A DNA stretch of 64,000 bases, taken from the sequence record MT612989.1; one strand, given 5' to 3'. The position numbers and the translations under genes are program-made. Below are positions 17,475-26,200 of the stretch, in pieces. How positions within the stretch are numbered: the stretch's first letter is position 1; every line of letters begins with the position of its first letter. The notes under the pieces were generated by a model. It was not told the origin of the DNA. It searched no databases and was given only the letters and a program-made list of their open reading frames with translations.

Positions 17475-18225
17475 CTTCAAGAATATTCAAATTATATTTC
17501 GGCTTCATGTAATGACTCATGTTTGCACAAATGAAATCACATGCCCAATTCTTAGTAAGCCGTGTAATTGTCTTCTTCAACGCATGATTCCACGCATTCA
17601 ACGGCATCATTCCGTGAACAATGTATCGTTCAATTGCGATTACCGAAATTTCTTCGTGGAATAAATTGATCTTGTCTTCGAACGACAATTGTTCGAACTT
17701 CTCTTTACTGACTAAAACATCACAGCCGTCTTTGAGAATTTTCTCATACAACGGGCGGTTAGGTGCTGCGACCATTCGATGAAGCTCATCATGTTCATAC
17801 ACGTATCGAACTTTGTCATTAAAGAAGTCGTCTGCGTCTTTGTTCAAACACAGATAATCTTTATTGCCAAGCTCTTTTCGCCAATGATTTGTCAACGCTG
17901 CGTATAGCTCAGGCTTGATTTTGCAGAATCGCGATAGCGCCATAACATCACGCTTGTGCTTGTCCCACAATGTCGAACCACCAAACTGACTGTACCCGAC
18001 TTTATGCTCATCCCAACCAAGATGACTGCATTTTATCGTGTAGATTTCGTCAGCAGTTGCTATATCACCGTCGAACATCTGCAATATATCGACGGGCATG
18101 ACAATAAAATCATCCCCGTCGTTAGCCGAGTCGGGCGAGTCTACGAATACATCTAGATCTTTAATGGTCTTACGCAGTCGAATACCATTATGATGTAACG
18201 CAGTTGACCCGACAACAATACGCAT
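17464..18225 (-). CDS. putative nucleotidyltransferase-fold protein
   Basis: N-terminal VVGSTAL...DLDVF, Pol-beta-like GS/DxD signature. Confidence 0.5.
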   Translation of the reverse strand: MRIVVGSTALHHNGIRLRKTIKDLDVFVDSPDSANDGDDFIVMPVDILQMFDGDIATADEIYTIKCSHLGWDEHKVGYSQFGGSTLWDKHKRDVMALSRFCKIKPELYAALTNHWRKELGNKDYLCLNKDADDFFNDKVRYVYEHDELHRMVAAPNRPLYEKILKDGCDVLVSKEKFEQLSFEDKINLFHEEISVIAIERYIVHGMMPLNAWNHALKKTITRLTKNWACDFICANMSHYMKPKYNLNILEEKG

Positions 18226-18521
18226 TACTGAGGAGTGCTCACGTATTGGGTGATTGTAACTTGCTTTGGGTAAACTTCAACGAAGTGGTCCCCGTAGTTG
18301 TCGTAACCGTGGTAGCTGTAGTAGCTGTATTCAGTCTTGAAGTAACGACCGTCTTTTTCAAGAATCGTGTAGCAGTACTCAGAACCACCTTCACCACCGC
18401 CGTCTTGGTCGATGAACTTCACACCAGGGAAGTCACCATAACCATCTAGTAGAAAGTCAAGATAGTCTTTGTCGTCGTAGTCTTCACCAAGAATTTCTTC
18501 AAATGTATAACGATTTGTCAT
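18225..18521 (-). CDS. hypothetical acidic Tyr-rich protein
   Basis: DQDGGGEGGSEYCY; in operon. Confidence 0.65.
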   Translation of the reverse strand: MTNRYTFEEILGEDYDDKDYLDFLLDGYGDFPGVKFIDQDGGGEGGSEYCYTILEKDGRYFKTEYSYYSYHGYDNYGDHFVEVYPKQVTITQYVSTPQ

Positions 18522-18844
18522 TTATTTTCACCATTTTTTTCAGTTTTTGCTTTGTGTTCGTTTTCCTTTCGCTCCCATTTAGCGAGCTTGTTGCGAACAA
18601 CGTTCATGATTTCAGCTTCAGTGATGTTCGGGTTATCGACGTAAATTAGGTCAATTAGACACAGAATACCATCAACCGATTCACCTAGAATCCCGTCAAC
18701 GTCAGCGTTTTTGTACGACGTACCGTACTTGACGCGAACTTCAGTTGCTAGTTCGCCTACTTCTTCAACAACGCTCATGTGAACGTCTTTTACTGTTCGA
18801 CCGTTGTCGATTCGCTTACTTGAAGCTAGAATTTCATTGATCAT
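18518..18844 (-). CDS. MazG-like nucleotide pyrophosphohydrolase
   Basis: EEVGELA...GESVDGIL all-alpha NTP-PPase pattern. Confidence 0.75.
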   Translation of the reverse strand: MINEILASSKRIDNGRTVKDVHMSVVEEVGELATEVRVKYGTSYKNADVDGILGESVDGILCLIDLIYVDNPNITEAEIMNVVRNKLAKWERKENEHKAKTEKNGENK

Positions 18845-19230
18845 AGAGTATTCAACACATCAACAATTTGAATTTTTTCAACAGTGTGAAATCCGTATTC
18901 ACAGTAAGGCATTTGTTCAGAAATGAACTGAATATCATCTTCACTGAACTCAGGGTATACTTCTGAGTTCGGACGCTCTTGACATTCGCCTTCTGTCCAA
19001 CTCGCCAGAGAATCACCAGAAAGATGTACGAGCGTTTCAAATCGCTCAACTTCTTCACTCGATGCCGGTTTCAAATCGCCAACGTAATCACCATCATTGG
19101 TGTCAACTTCTACGTAAATATGTAACGCCATTACAAATTCCTCATTATTGTGCCTATTAAAGCGAAAACAATCGCCGAGATGAACAATACAACCCACCCA
19201 GCGACTGTATGACCCGAAATGATGAGCCAT
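18841..19230 (-). CDS. hypothetical protein
   Basis: probable start MALHIYVEVDTNDGD near 19131. Confidence 0.6.
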   Translation of the reverse strand: MAHHFGSYSRWVGCIVHLGDCFRFNRHNNEEFVMALHIYVEVDTNDGDYVGDLKPASSEEVERFETLVHLSGDSLASWTEGECQERPNSEVYPEFSEDDIQFISEQMPYCEYGFHTVEKIQIVDVLNTL

Positions 19231-19361
19231 GCACCGAAGATAAGCCCGCCAACTGACAATCCGAGAATAACCAACATTGCGACGATACCGAACGCAATCA
19301 ATGTCAACAACCCCGTTACGAACTCACCTAAGTTCATGTTACTCACCAATTTCAAAGTCAA
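19131..19361 (-). CDS. small membrane protein
   Basis: two long hydrophobic helices. Confidence 0.6.
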   Translation of the reverse strand: MTLKLVSNMNLGEFVTGLLTLIAFGIVAMLVILGLSVGGLIFGAWLIISGHTVAGWVVLFISAIVFALIGTIMRNL

Positions 19362-19533
19362 AAAGATAGTGAATCTTGCCGTCAGTTAGCGAATCGCCGA
19401 TGAGCGGGTCGTTAGCTGCAACAACTTTGCTGTACGGAAGTTTGATAAGCTCACCGTCGATTGTGTCAATTCGCTCAATTACAATGATCGGCGTACCTGT
19501 TTTCAGTTCAAAATAATCTGTTTTACTAATCAC
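19339..19533 (-). CDS. hypothetical protein
   Basis: ATGA overlap with td. Confidence 0.55.
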   Translation of the reverse strand: MISKTDYFELKTGTPIIVIERIDTIDGELIKLPYSKVVAANDPLIGDSLTDGKIHYLFDFEIGE

Positions 19534-20432
19534 GACATTTTACCTTTTAGGGTTGGGTATGGGTCATAGTCATATACGCGAAAATCACTTGCGCGTTTAG
19601 TTAACAACTGTGACAACGTTTCAAATTCAGGAAGTTCAATCTGAGGTAGCGCACGCGGCGTACGTCTCATTTGCTTCATTACTTGTATTAGATGATCTTC
19701 ATAAATGTGAACATCACCACCAGAGAAAATCAATTCACCGACACCTAAGCCAGTCAATTTAGCTAGTATATGCACTAGCAAAGCATACGATGCGATATTG
19801 AACGGTAGACCTAAGAATGTGTCAACTGAACGCTGATTCCATTTCAAGCTGATCTTACCATTACGCACGAACACTTGAAAGCCGTAATGACATGGCGGTA
19901 GAGCTACGTCAACTGAGTTACTTTCAGTATGGAAGTACGGGTCCCATGCTTCAACAAGCATACGACGTTGCGCACTTTGCGTCGGGTCTTCATTAACCGC
20001 TGCAATATCGCACAGCAATTGATGAATCTGGTCAAACTCAACAATTTCTCGCTCTGCATTTACAGATAGACGTTTACGCCACACTTTGCCATAGACATAA
20101 CCAAGGTCGTCTTCATTGCGAACAATACCTGCTTCTTTCGCACGCTCGTTCAGCTCGTCGAGATTTTGTTGCCAGATACAGAAATCTTCGTCTGATAATT
20201 CAGTGTATTTTCTCAGTTCAGAAATCGAACCTGAACCGCTCAAGAACCATAGCAACTCACCGAAAATAGCTCTTGTCGCCATTTTCTTAGTCGTTAGCAA
20301 CGGGAAACCTTTTTCTAAGTCCCATCGAAGCTCACGCGAAACAACACTAACAGTATTCGTGCCTGTTCTATTCTCAAGAAAATCACCATTTTCTAGAATA
20401 TCTTTACAAAGTTCCAAGTAGTTTTTCATCAA
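19530..20432 (-). CDS. td: thymidylate synthase (ThyA type)
   Basis: NRTGT, PLLTTKK, ELLWFL, LPPCH, QRSVDTFLGLPFNIASY, GDVHIY. Confidence 0.97.
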   Translation of the reverse strand: MMKNYLELCKDILENGDFLENRTGTNTVSVVSRELRWDLEKGFPLLTTKKMATRAIFGELLWFLSGSGSISELRKYTELSDEDFCIWQQNLDELNERAKEAGIVRNEDDLGYVYGKVWRKRLSVNAEREIVEFDQIHQLLCDIAAVNEDPTQSAQRRMLVEAWDPYFHTESNSVDVALPPCHYGFQVFVRNGKISLKWNQRSVDTFLGLPFNIASYALLVHILAKLTGLGVGELIFSGGDVHIYEDHLIQVMKQMRRTPRALPQIELPEFETLSQLLTKRASDFRVYDYDPYPTLKGKMS

Positions 20433-20438
20433 TTACCT

Positions 20439-20642
20439 TTAAAAATCATCGTCCCATACTGCTTGCACGGGAGTACATTGCATCAACTGACCGTCAATTT
20501 CATAAGTCTCTGATTGCGGTTGAGTACTGTAAGATGTAGGTTGTTCAGCCCCAAACAACGTACCAGCAGCTACCGACGCTAGAATCCCTAGAATCGCAAT
20601 CAAAACAATCAATTCGATCAGAGTAAAACCTTTAGATTTCAT
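20439..20642 (-). CDS. small protein with prepilin-type N-terminal cleavage/methylation motif
   Basis: MKSKG|FTLIELIVLIAILGILASVA: class III signal peptide with Gly-1, Phe+1, Glu+5. Confidence 0.85.
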   Translation of the reverse strand: MKSKGFTLIELIVLIAILGILASVAAGTLFGAEQPTSYSTQPQSETYEIDGQLMQCTPVQAVWDDDF

Positions 20643-20678
20643 AATATTACACTCACAAAGTTAGTTAATAAACAGTTT

Positions 20679-20909
20679 TTACGGCAGTTTGCTCGTTTTG
20701 CGTGCTTGCTTTGCCGTTTCAGGTAGTTTCACTTCAAAGTGCTCTGCTTGTGAAACGTACAATACGCGCTCTGCAAGTAATTCACCGTTCTCGTAAACAG
20801 TCGTAATGAATTCAGGACCAGAAGAGCTATTTTTAACATCAACACCTGGTTTTGTCATTAGCTCTTCAAAGCGAGTCGCAGTAGTCAATTTAAGATTTAA
20901 GTTATCCAT
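20679..20909 (-). CDS. hypothetical protein
   Basis: 76 aa ORF in operon. Confidence 0.6.
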   Translation of the reverse strand: MDNLNLKLTTATRFEELMTKPGVDVKNSSSGPEFITTVYENGELLAERVLYVSQAEHFEVKLPETAKQARKTSKLP

Positions 20910-21345
20910 GATGAGAATGAAACCCCTCTAAGTATTTTGCAAGTTCATATGTTCGACCGTATTTGTAGAACATATCTGAATCAAAGTCGCGACGCTTTAG
21001 ACCTTCGCCGATCTTACGCAGTTCACGCCATTCTTTCATTTCGGCTTGAACTTGCATTAGCGTGTCGTCGCCAATGAATGCTACACCTGTTAGTGAGTGA
21101 TGTAAACCTTCTTCTTGAAAAAATGTAATGTCTTCAACAACACCCATTTCACGAATTGTCTCTTCGATTTCTTCAAGATGGTCATGACTAGCCGCTGACA
21201 GAACACAAATCGTCTCGTGATCATTCAGCCACTTATTGAAAACTGGGTTATCTGCTTTACGCGCAAGACGTAGAAGCGCATGTGCACCTTGAATACCAGC
21301 TTGAATACCTTTACAATAGCGATTTACAAATACGTAACCTTTCAA
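20902..21345 (-). CDS. Pth2-like peptidyl-tRNA hydrolase
   Basis: GIQAGIQGAHA, W..ETICVL, EEG..SLTGVAF follow the Pth2 layout. Confidence 0.55.
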   Translation of the reverse strand: MKGYVFVNRYCKGIQAGIQGAHALLRLARKADNPVFNKWLNDHETICVLSAASHDHLEEIEETIREMGVVEDITFFQEEGLHHSLTGVAFIGDDTLMQVQAEMKEWRELRKIGEGLKRRDFDSDMFYKYGRTYELAKYLEGFHSHHG

Positions 21346-21587
21346 ATCTTTTCCTCACAATACATAAAGCCATGAGCGTTTCTAGTTAATTCACTCACAA
21401 CTGTGCCATTAATCATGTCGATGTTCACAGTGTTCAATTGAACTTCATTACCGGCGTCATCAACAAGTCGTAGAAAATCACCACGTGCCCATAGACACGG
21501 TGCAATATCAACCAACTGACCAAAAAAGCTCTCTTGGTCTAGTCTTTCAGTGACCTCGATATAGTCACCAAGTCTAATTTGCTTCAT
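21342..21587 (-). CDS. hypothetical protein
   Basis: ATGA overlap in operon. Confidence 0.6.
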   Translation of the reverse strand: MKQIRLGDYIEVTERLDQESFFGQLVDIAPCLWARGDFLRLVDDAGNEVQLNTVNIDMINGTVVSELTRNAHGFMYCEEKI

Positions 21588-21972
21588 TTTGCTTTCTGCT
21601 TATATCAATCAAAAAGAATTTATCATGGTTTTGCTTATTTTGATTACGATATATCGTCGTAATCAAAATACAACCTTTAATTCCCTTCTCAAATATTATG
21701 TAAATATCTTCACGCTTGATAGCAAGCTCACGCTTTTCAGCACTGTAATACCAATACAGAACTTCACCTAAGTGCTTGTTTACTGTATGATACAGCATTC
21801 TACGCAATGTTGAATGTTCAGCAGCACAGAATCGGTCATATACTCGATGTGTGAAGTGTTTCTTCATCACAAAGTCAACAGTCCCGACTAAGCCACGCTG
21901 CTTCTCAATCGCGTAATTGTTGAATTCAAATGAAAATCTTTTCCATTTGTACATGAACGAATGCAAATTCAT
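21574..21972 (-). CDS. hypothetical protein
   Basis: 132 aa ORF in operon. Confidence 0.6.
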   Translation of the reverse strand: MNLHSFMYKWKRFSFEFNNYAIEKQRGLVGTVDFVMKKHFTHRVYDRFCAAEHSTLRRMLYHTVNKHLGEVLYWYYSAEKRELAIKREDIYIIFEKGIKGCILITTIYRNQNKQNHDKFFLIDISRKQNEAN

Positions 21973-22106
21973 AACGTTTTTTCAAACTCATTGATTTGCG
22001 AATTAAGCTCTTCGCGAGTACGAGCAACTAAAACAGTACCGTCTTTGTATGTCGCGATGAACTGAGCTTTCTTTTCGATTGTCCAATCTAAGCGATTCGT
22101 TGTCAT
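21969..22106 (-). CDS. hypothetical early protein (MTTNRLDW...)
   Basis: GAGA SD; first gene after the promoter at 22139-22167. Confidence 0.6.
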   Translation of the reverse strand: MTTNRLDWTIEKKAQFIATYKDGTVLVARTREELNSQINEFEKTL

Positions 22107-22122
22107 AATATTGTTCTCTTTT

Positions 22123-22167
22123 CGTTGTCGATGTGAGTATATTACACAAGTCACATCGACAACGCAA
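22123..22167 (-). promoter_or_regulatory. early promoter with a perfect 14-bp inverted repeat flanking the -10
   Basis: TTGCGT-N17-TAATAT; arms CGTTGTCGATGTGA (22123-22136) and TCACATCGACAACG (22151-22164). Confidence 0.7.
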
Positions 22168-22175
22168 CCACTTTT

Positions 22176-22337
22176 TTACATATTTTCTGTAATTCGGAAA
22201 ATATTAATCAGTGGGTATTTGTAAACCATACCGTCTTTCATCATCAAGCAGTAAAGACCGTCTTTGGTGTAAGCGTTCTTTACATTATCATGAACAACTG
22301 GCTTGGCTTGTGATAGTAAATGTACAGCAATCATCAT
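22176..22337 (-). CDS. small hypothetical protein (MMIAVHLLSQAKPV..., 53 aa)
   Basis: ATGA overlap with the dexA stop; below the track length cutoff. Confidence 0.55.
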   Translation of the reverse strand: MMIAVHLLSQAKPVVHDNVKNAYTKDGLYCLMMKDGMVYKYPLINIFRITENM

Positions 22338-23026
22338 AGTAGCCCAAGTTCCTCTTTCTCTTCGTCAGTGAAATCAACCGATACTTCATGACATTCCATT
22401 TTCTCGGGTAGTTCTTCTAAATCAAGTGCGTAACGCGCTGCCATGATAAGCATCATTGCATCTTTCGCACAGTCGTGTACGCCGTTGTGGTGAATGAAAC
22501 CTGGCATTGCGTCACGACGAATTGGCACTTTACACATGTCACGTTGTAACATCAATGCTTCAATACGAGTACGAACATCACGGAATTTCCAAAATCGTTC
22601 GATGACTGCATGACGCAAGCCGCTGTACTTGAAGCAATCTGCCATTAACGGGATATCGTAGTTATTACCGCGACAGTACAAGTGTGAACGACCGTCGTAG
22701 CGAGTGTTTTCTTCGATCCACTCAATGAACAACTTGTGACCTTCTTCAACCGACACGTCTTCTGCGCTAGGTATTAGAATTTCTTTCGCTTCTTTTGATT
22801 GCTCAGACCACCATTGCACAGTAGCTTTGTTAATGCTTCGCTTACCTTTCTGAGTTTTGATCTCAAACTTGCAACGAAAAGAGTTTTTCACAAGCTCTTG
22901 GTAGTCAGGGACTTTCGTAAAATCGTGCTCGAATTCAACTGCACCTAGTTCAATAACCGCTGCGTCGGGAGTCACGTCGAATCCCTCATAGTCGATTAGA
23001 ATGTCATAGACGGGTTTATCACTCAT
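22334..23026 (-). CDS. dexA: exonuclease A (DEDDh 3'-5' exonuclease)
   Basis: IDYEG, YCRGNNYDIP, FRDVRT, HNGVHDCAKD. Confidence 0.9.
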   Translation of the reverse strand: MSDKPVYDILIDYEGFDVTPDAAVIELGAVEFEHDFTKVPDYQELVKNSFRCKFEIKTQKGKRSINKATVQWWSEQSKEAKEILIPSAEDVSVEEGHKLFIEWIEENTRYDGRSHLYCRGNNYDIPLMADCFKYSGLRHAVIERFWKFRDVRTRIEALMLQRDMCKVPIRRDAMPGFIHHNGVHDCAKDAMMLIMAARYALDLEELPEKMECHEVSVDFTDEEKEELGLL

Positions 23027-23259
23027 GATATTTCCTTCTTCACGTCAAGTAATGTATGTAGCAAATCGAGCTTAGATTCGATTCTGCTTTGTTGTTTGTC
23101 AATGTCGCAAATCTTAGTTCGATTCGAAATCAACATCTTTTCTTTTTGCTCTTGGTCACGTGCAATATCCATTCGAAGAGAAGCTTCAATGCGCTCGTCC
23201 ATGAGCACTGAACGCATTGAACCTAGAATCTCACCAGTTTTAGAAATAGGCGTGTGCAT
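23023..23259 (-). CDS. hypothetical coiled-coil protein
   Basis: in operon between dut and dexA. Confidence 0.6.
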   Translation of the reverse strand: MHTPISKTGEILGSMRSVLMDERIEASLRMDIARDQEQKEKMLISNRTKICDIDKQQSRIESKLDLLHTLLDVKKEIS

Positions 23260-23756
23260 TATTTCACCCCGCTCTCACCGAACCCACTAGCACCGCGGTC
23301 AGTTTCTTCGTCGAAATCATCAACTACTTCAAACTGCACGTTTTTCACGTAAGTGTGGAAAATCAACTGACAGATACGATCACCGCGCTCAATATGCAGC
23401 ACGTCGTCGCCTTCGTTGCGAATCTTGATCATGATTTCGCCTTGATAGTTCGCGTCGATAATCCCGATTGTGTTTGCAAGGCGTAAGAAGTGCTTGAACC
23501 CAAGACCGCTTCGCGGTGCAATCGCGCCGTATACACCTAAATCAGTGAATACTCGATGTAGTGGGTGCGAACCAATATGAATCTTGACACCAGACGGGAT
23601 AACGACTGAATCACCCGGTTGTAGCTCGATTGACTCTTCAATTGCAGCACGCAGATCAATACCCGCGTCATCTGGGTCTTTCACACCAATTGGCTCAATT
23701 GCTTTTAGACCAAGTTCTTTGTTTTCTTTGTAGTGAGGCAGGTAAATAATCTTCAT
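23259..23756 (-). CDS. dut: trimeric dUTPase
   Basis: AGIDL, PRSGLG, GIIDANYQGE, RICQL, RGASGFGESG. Confidence 0.95.
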   Translation of the reverse strand: MKIIYLPHYKENKELGLKAIEPIGVKDPDDAGIDLRAAIEESIELQPGDSVVIPSGVKIHIGSHPLHRVFTDLGVYGAIAPRSGLGFKHFLRLANTIGIIDANYQGEIMIKIRNEGDDVLHIERGDRICQLIFHTYVKNVQFEVVDDFDEETDRGASGFGESGVK

Positions 23757-24814
23757 TAAATTTTCTTCCATCTGTTAAGTCGATTTGTAGCCATTAGACC
23801 GCTAACGGCATTTTCATAAATGTATTGCTGAATGAACTCAGCAGATACACCAGCTTTGACAAAATCATTGATGTCTTTCTTATCAATAATTTGAGGTGGG
23901 AGCTTATCCCAAATAACAACACGCTCACCCGCTCTGATTAGAACTTGAAGACGCTTTACAACGTCTGGGTGGCGAGGCTCATTATCAAGCGCCCAAATGC
24001 GATTCCCCGCATAGGGTGCATTTTGTGGACTGACTTGTCCACCTACTATAGCACAGCAATTGTAGAGGAATAAACTATCAATCGGGCCCTCAACGAAAAT
24101 AACAGGGTCATCTTCATTGATACGCTCTGTGCCGTATATCTTGTTGAAATCGTCGTCAATTTTAATGGTCATGTATCGTTGAGCATGTTTGTTTGTCAAC
24201 GCACGACCTTGAACAGCAATCAAACCTTCTTTGTTATAGATAGGTATTACCAATCGAGGGTGGTCATTTCTAATCTCACCTTCGTACAAATCTGGGCGAA
24301 GCGTCTTAGCCATTTGAGACCAGCCACGAGTAAACCCAAGCAAATGCCACTTGTCTTTAGGGATTTTTCTAGATTCGAGGTATTTGTGCATCACATGACC
24401 ATCTTTAAGGGCAGTGATATTATAGAAAAGTTGCTCTTCTTGTTCTTTCTCAACGACAGTCGCTTCTTTCTTTTCAACGACTGGTTCAGGTTCGCGTTCT
24501 TTACGCTCACGAGAATTGCGCTCTTTGAATAACTCGACGCGATACTGAGAAAACAACGATGGTTCGTGATCTTTCAAAAAAGTATACAGCGATTCGTTAT
24601 AGTCACAGTTCCAGCAACTACAACGTAAATGAATCTCACCAGAACGTGTCTTAACTTCATTAATCCAGAAACGTGTCTTGTACTTGTTCTTTTTCGAGTC
24701 ACCACAAATCGGGCATCTTGCATTGATTTTGAATGGACGATGACTATGCACCGTAGGGAGTAGTAATCGATGCTGAAGCATCTTGGCGTATTGTATATCA
24801 ATCAATATTTGCAT
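23756..24814 (-). CDS. 61: DNA primase gp61
   Basis: RCPICGDS..K.RF zinc ribbon, CWNC, VEGPIDSLF, LDNEPR, KDIND. Confidence 0.97.
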   Translation of the reverse strand: MQILIDIQYAKMLQHRLLLPTVHSHRPFKINARCPICGDSKKNKYKTRFWINEVKTRSGEIHLRCSCWNCDYNESLYTFLKDHEPSLFSQYRVELFKERNSRERKEREPEPVVEKKEATVVEKEQEEQLFYNITALKDGHVMHKYLESRKIPKDKWHLLGFTRGWSQMAKTLRPDLYEGEIRNDHPRLVIPIYNKEGLIAVQGRALTNKHAQRYMTIKIDDDFNKIYGTERINEDDPVIFVEGPIDSLFLYNCCAIVGGQVSPQNAPYAGNRIWALDNEPRHPDVVKRLQVLIRAGERVVIWDKLPPQIIDKKDINDFVKAGVSAEFIQQYIYENAVSGLMATNRLNRWKKI

Positions 24815-24834
24815 AATTCAACCTCCGTGTAGTG

Positions 24835-24864
24835 ATTATACACGGCATCACGATACGATAAACA
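24835..24864 (-). promoter_or_regulatory. TGTTTA-class promoter for gp61
   Basis: GTTTAT-N17-TATAAT directly after a terminator U tract. Confidence 0.65.
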
Positions 24865-24893
24865 TAAAAAAGCCCCGTTTCCGAGGCGTTTTA

Positions 24894-25373
24894 TTATTCG
24901 AAATGTCTGAACTTCTTCAGCTTTTTCTTTTTCTTTTTCTTACCGATAGTTTCAGGACCTGCATTAGTTACAGCACCAGTCGTTTCACCAGAAGCAATCG
25001 ACTCTGGTGAGCTACTACCGTCACCCGCATCACCTGCAACAACAGCTTCTTCGACTCGAATACACTCTTTCGCGAAATCTTCAGATAACCCGTATTCTTT
25101 TGCAAGCTCAATCAGCAACAAATAAGACGCGCCATAATCAAGTGCTGTTTTACCACCTGGTAATGCACCAACCATGCGCTTGATATTTCTCACAGTAACA
25201 TGAAACATCGTCCAGTTACTTTTCTCTTGTGCAGTTACAGGGTCACGCAACTTCTTACCATCTGCGTCGATGATACCCATTCGATATGCTTCCCAACGTT
25301 CAAAACGAAGATGAAGCAAACGAGACAGACGAAGAGCATAAAAACCATCTGCACCACGTTTAGCTACACTCAT
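24894..25373 (-). CDS. T4 gp30.3-like conserved protein
   Basis: F..WEAY..GIID.DG..L...TxQEK...T.FH..V.NIKR; acidic then basic tail. Confidence 0.7.
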   Translation of the reverse strand: MSVAKRGADGFYALRLSRLLHLRFERWEAYRMGIIDADGKKLRDPVTAQEKSNWTMFHVTVRNIKRMVGALPGGKTALDYGASYLLLIELAKEYGLSEDFAKECIRVEEAVVAGDAGDGSSSPESIASGETTGAVTNAGPETIGKKKKKKKLKKFRHFE

Positions 25374-26197
25374 TATGCCCCCAAGATTTGCTCAAGTTGA
25401 CGATCAAAGATCTTCTCTGCTTCATCAAGTGGTAATGGTACGCTGCGCATGAATTCGTGCAGATTATCTTCGCGAATCAGATTTTCAATAGTACTAGATG
25501 GTACTTTGTTCTTGACTTCAACGATCTCGAATCGTGTTCCACCTACACGTAGGAAGTGACGACCTAGACGGCGATACTCAGCTACTTTGTTCGCTTCTAC
25601 AAATGCAAACACGCGAGTGATACCTTTTTGAATCATAGTCTCTACTTCAGCAAACATCACGCCTTTCGGTGCAACATCGACATCAGAGAACGATTCAAAT
25701 AATTCAACGCGCTCTTGAAGTGATAAAACCTTGTTCTGAGCTTCAGGTACAAACACTTTACCAACAGCACCAACGTGTTCACACGCTTCAGATAATGTTT
25801 TAGTCAATTCTTTATGACCAACTGAAGGAATGCTTGAATCCACGTCCATGATACACGCAGCGTCAATCGCACACTCATTCACAACGGTTTCATGTTCGAA
25901 GAAATCTTTTTCCGAAACGACAAATAGACCCTCATCAAGTTTAGCTGCAATTGCTTCAGCTTCTTGTTGTTGTTTCTTCATCGTTGCTTCTTCTTTTTCA
26001 GCAGCAGATTCTTTGTCAAACATGGTGATTTTGCCGCGAATTGCGTCTCGAACACGAATGTCCATCATCGGTGTGATGTTCGCCCCGAGTTCTTTTTTCT
26101 TTTGCGTATATAGTTTCTCGATTTCAACTACACCGTCTTTGGTAGTACATTGGTGAACCGACGCAATAAGTTCTTCCAATTTATCTTTGATAGCCAT
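25373..26197 (-). CDS. protein with a degenerate cytidylyltransferase-like (HxGH) domain
   Basis: IPSVGHKEL..KVF..LSLQERVELF..GITRV..V..NKVAEY layout. Confidence 0.5.
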   Translation of the reverse strand: MAIKDKLEELIASVHQCTTKDGVVEIEKLYTQKKKELGANITPMMDIRVRDAIRGKITMFDKESAAEKEEATMKKQQQEAEAIAAKLDEGLFVVSEKDFFEHETVVNECAIDAACIMDVDSSIPSVGHKELTKTLSEACEHVGAVGKVFVPEAQNKVLSLQERVELFESFSDVDVAPKGVMFAEVETMIQKGITRVFAFVEANKVAEYRRLGRHFLRVGGTRFEIVEVKNKVPSSTIENLIREDNLHEFMRSVPLPLDEAEKIFDRQLEQILGA

Positions 26198-26200
26198 TAG

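Noticed and set aside
19530-20432. td as a dCMP hydroxymethylase or base-modification enzyme
   Set aside because: It keeps the dUMP-specifying Asn (PFNIASY) and all ThyA motifs; no modification cluster is nearby.
20643-20678. TGTTTAT-N18-TAATAT as a promoter for the pilin-like gene
   Set aside because: The -10 would sit 1 nt from the ATG and overlap the SD, so the geometry is implausible.
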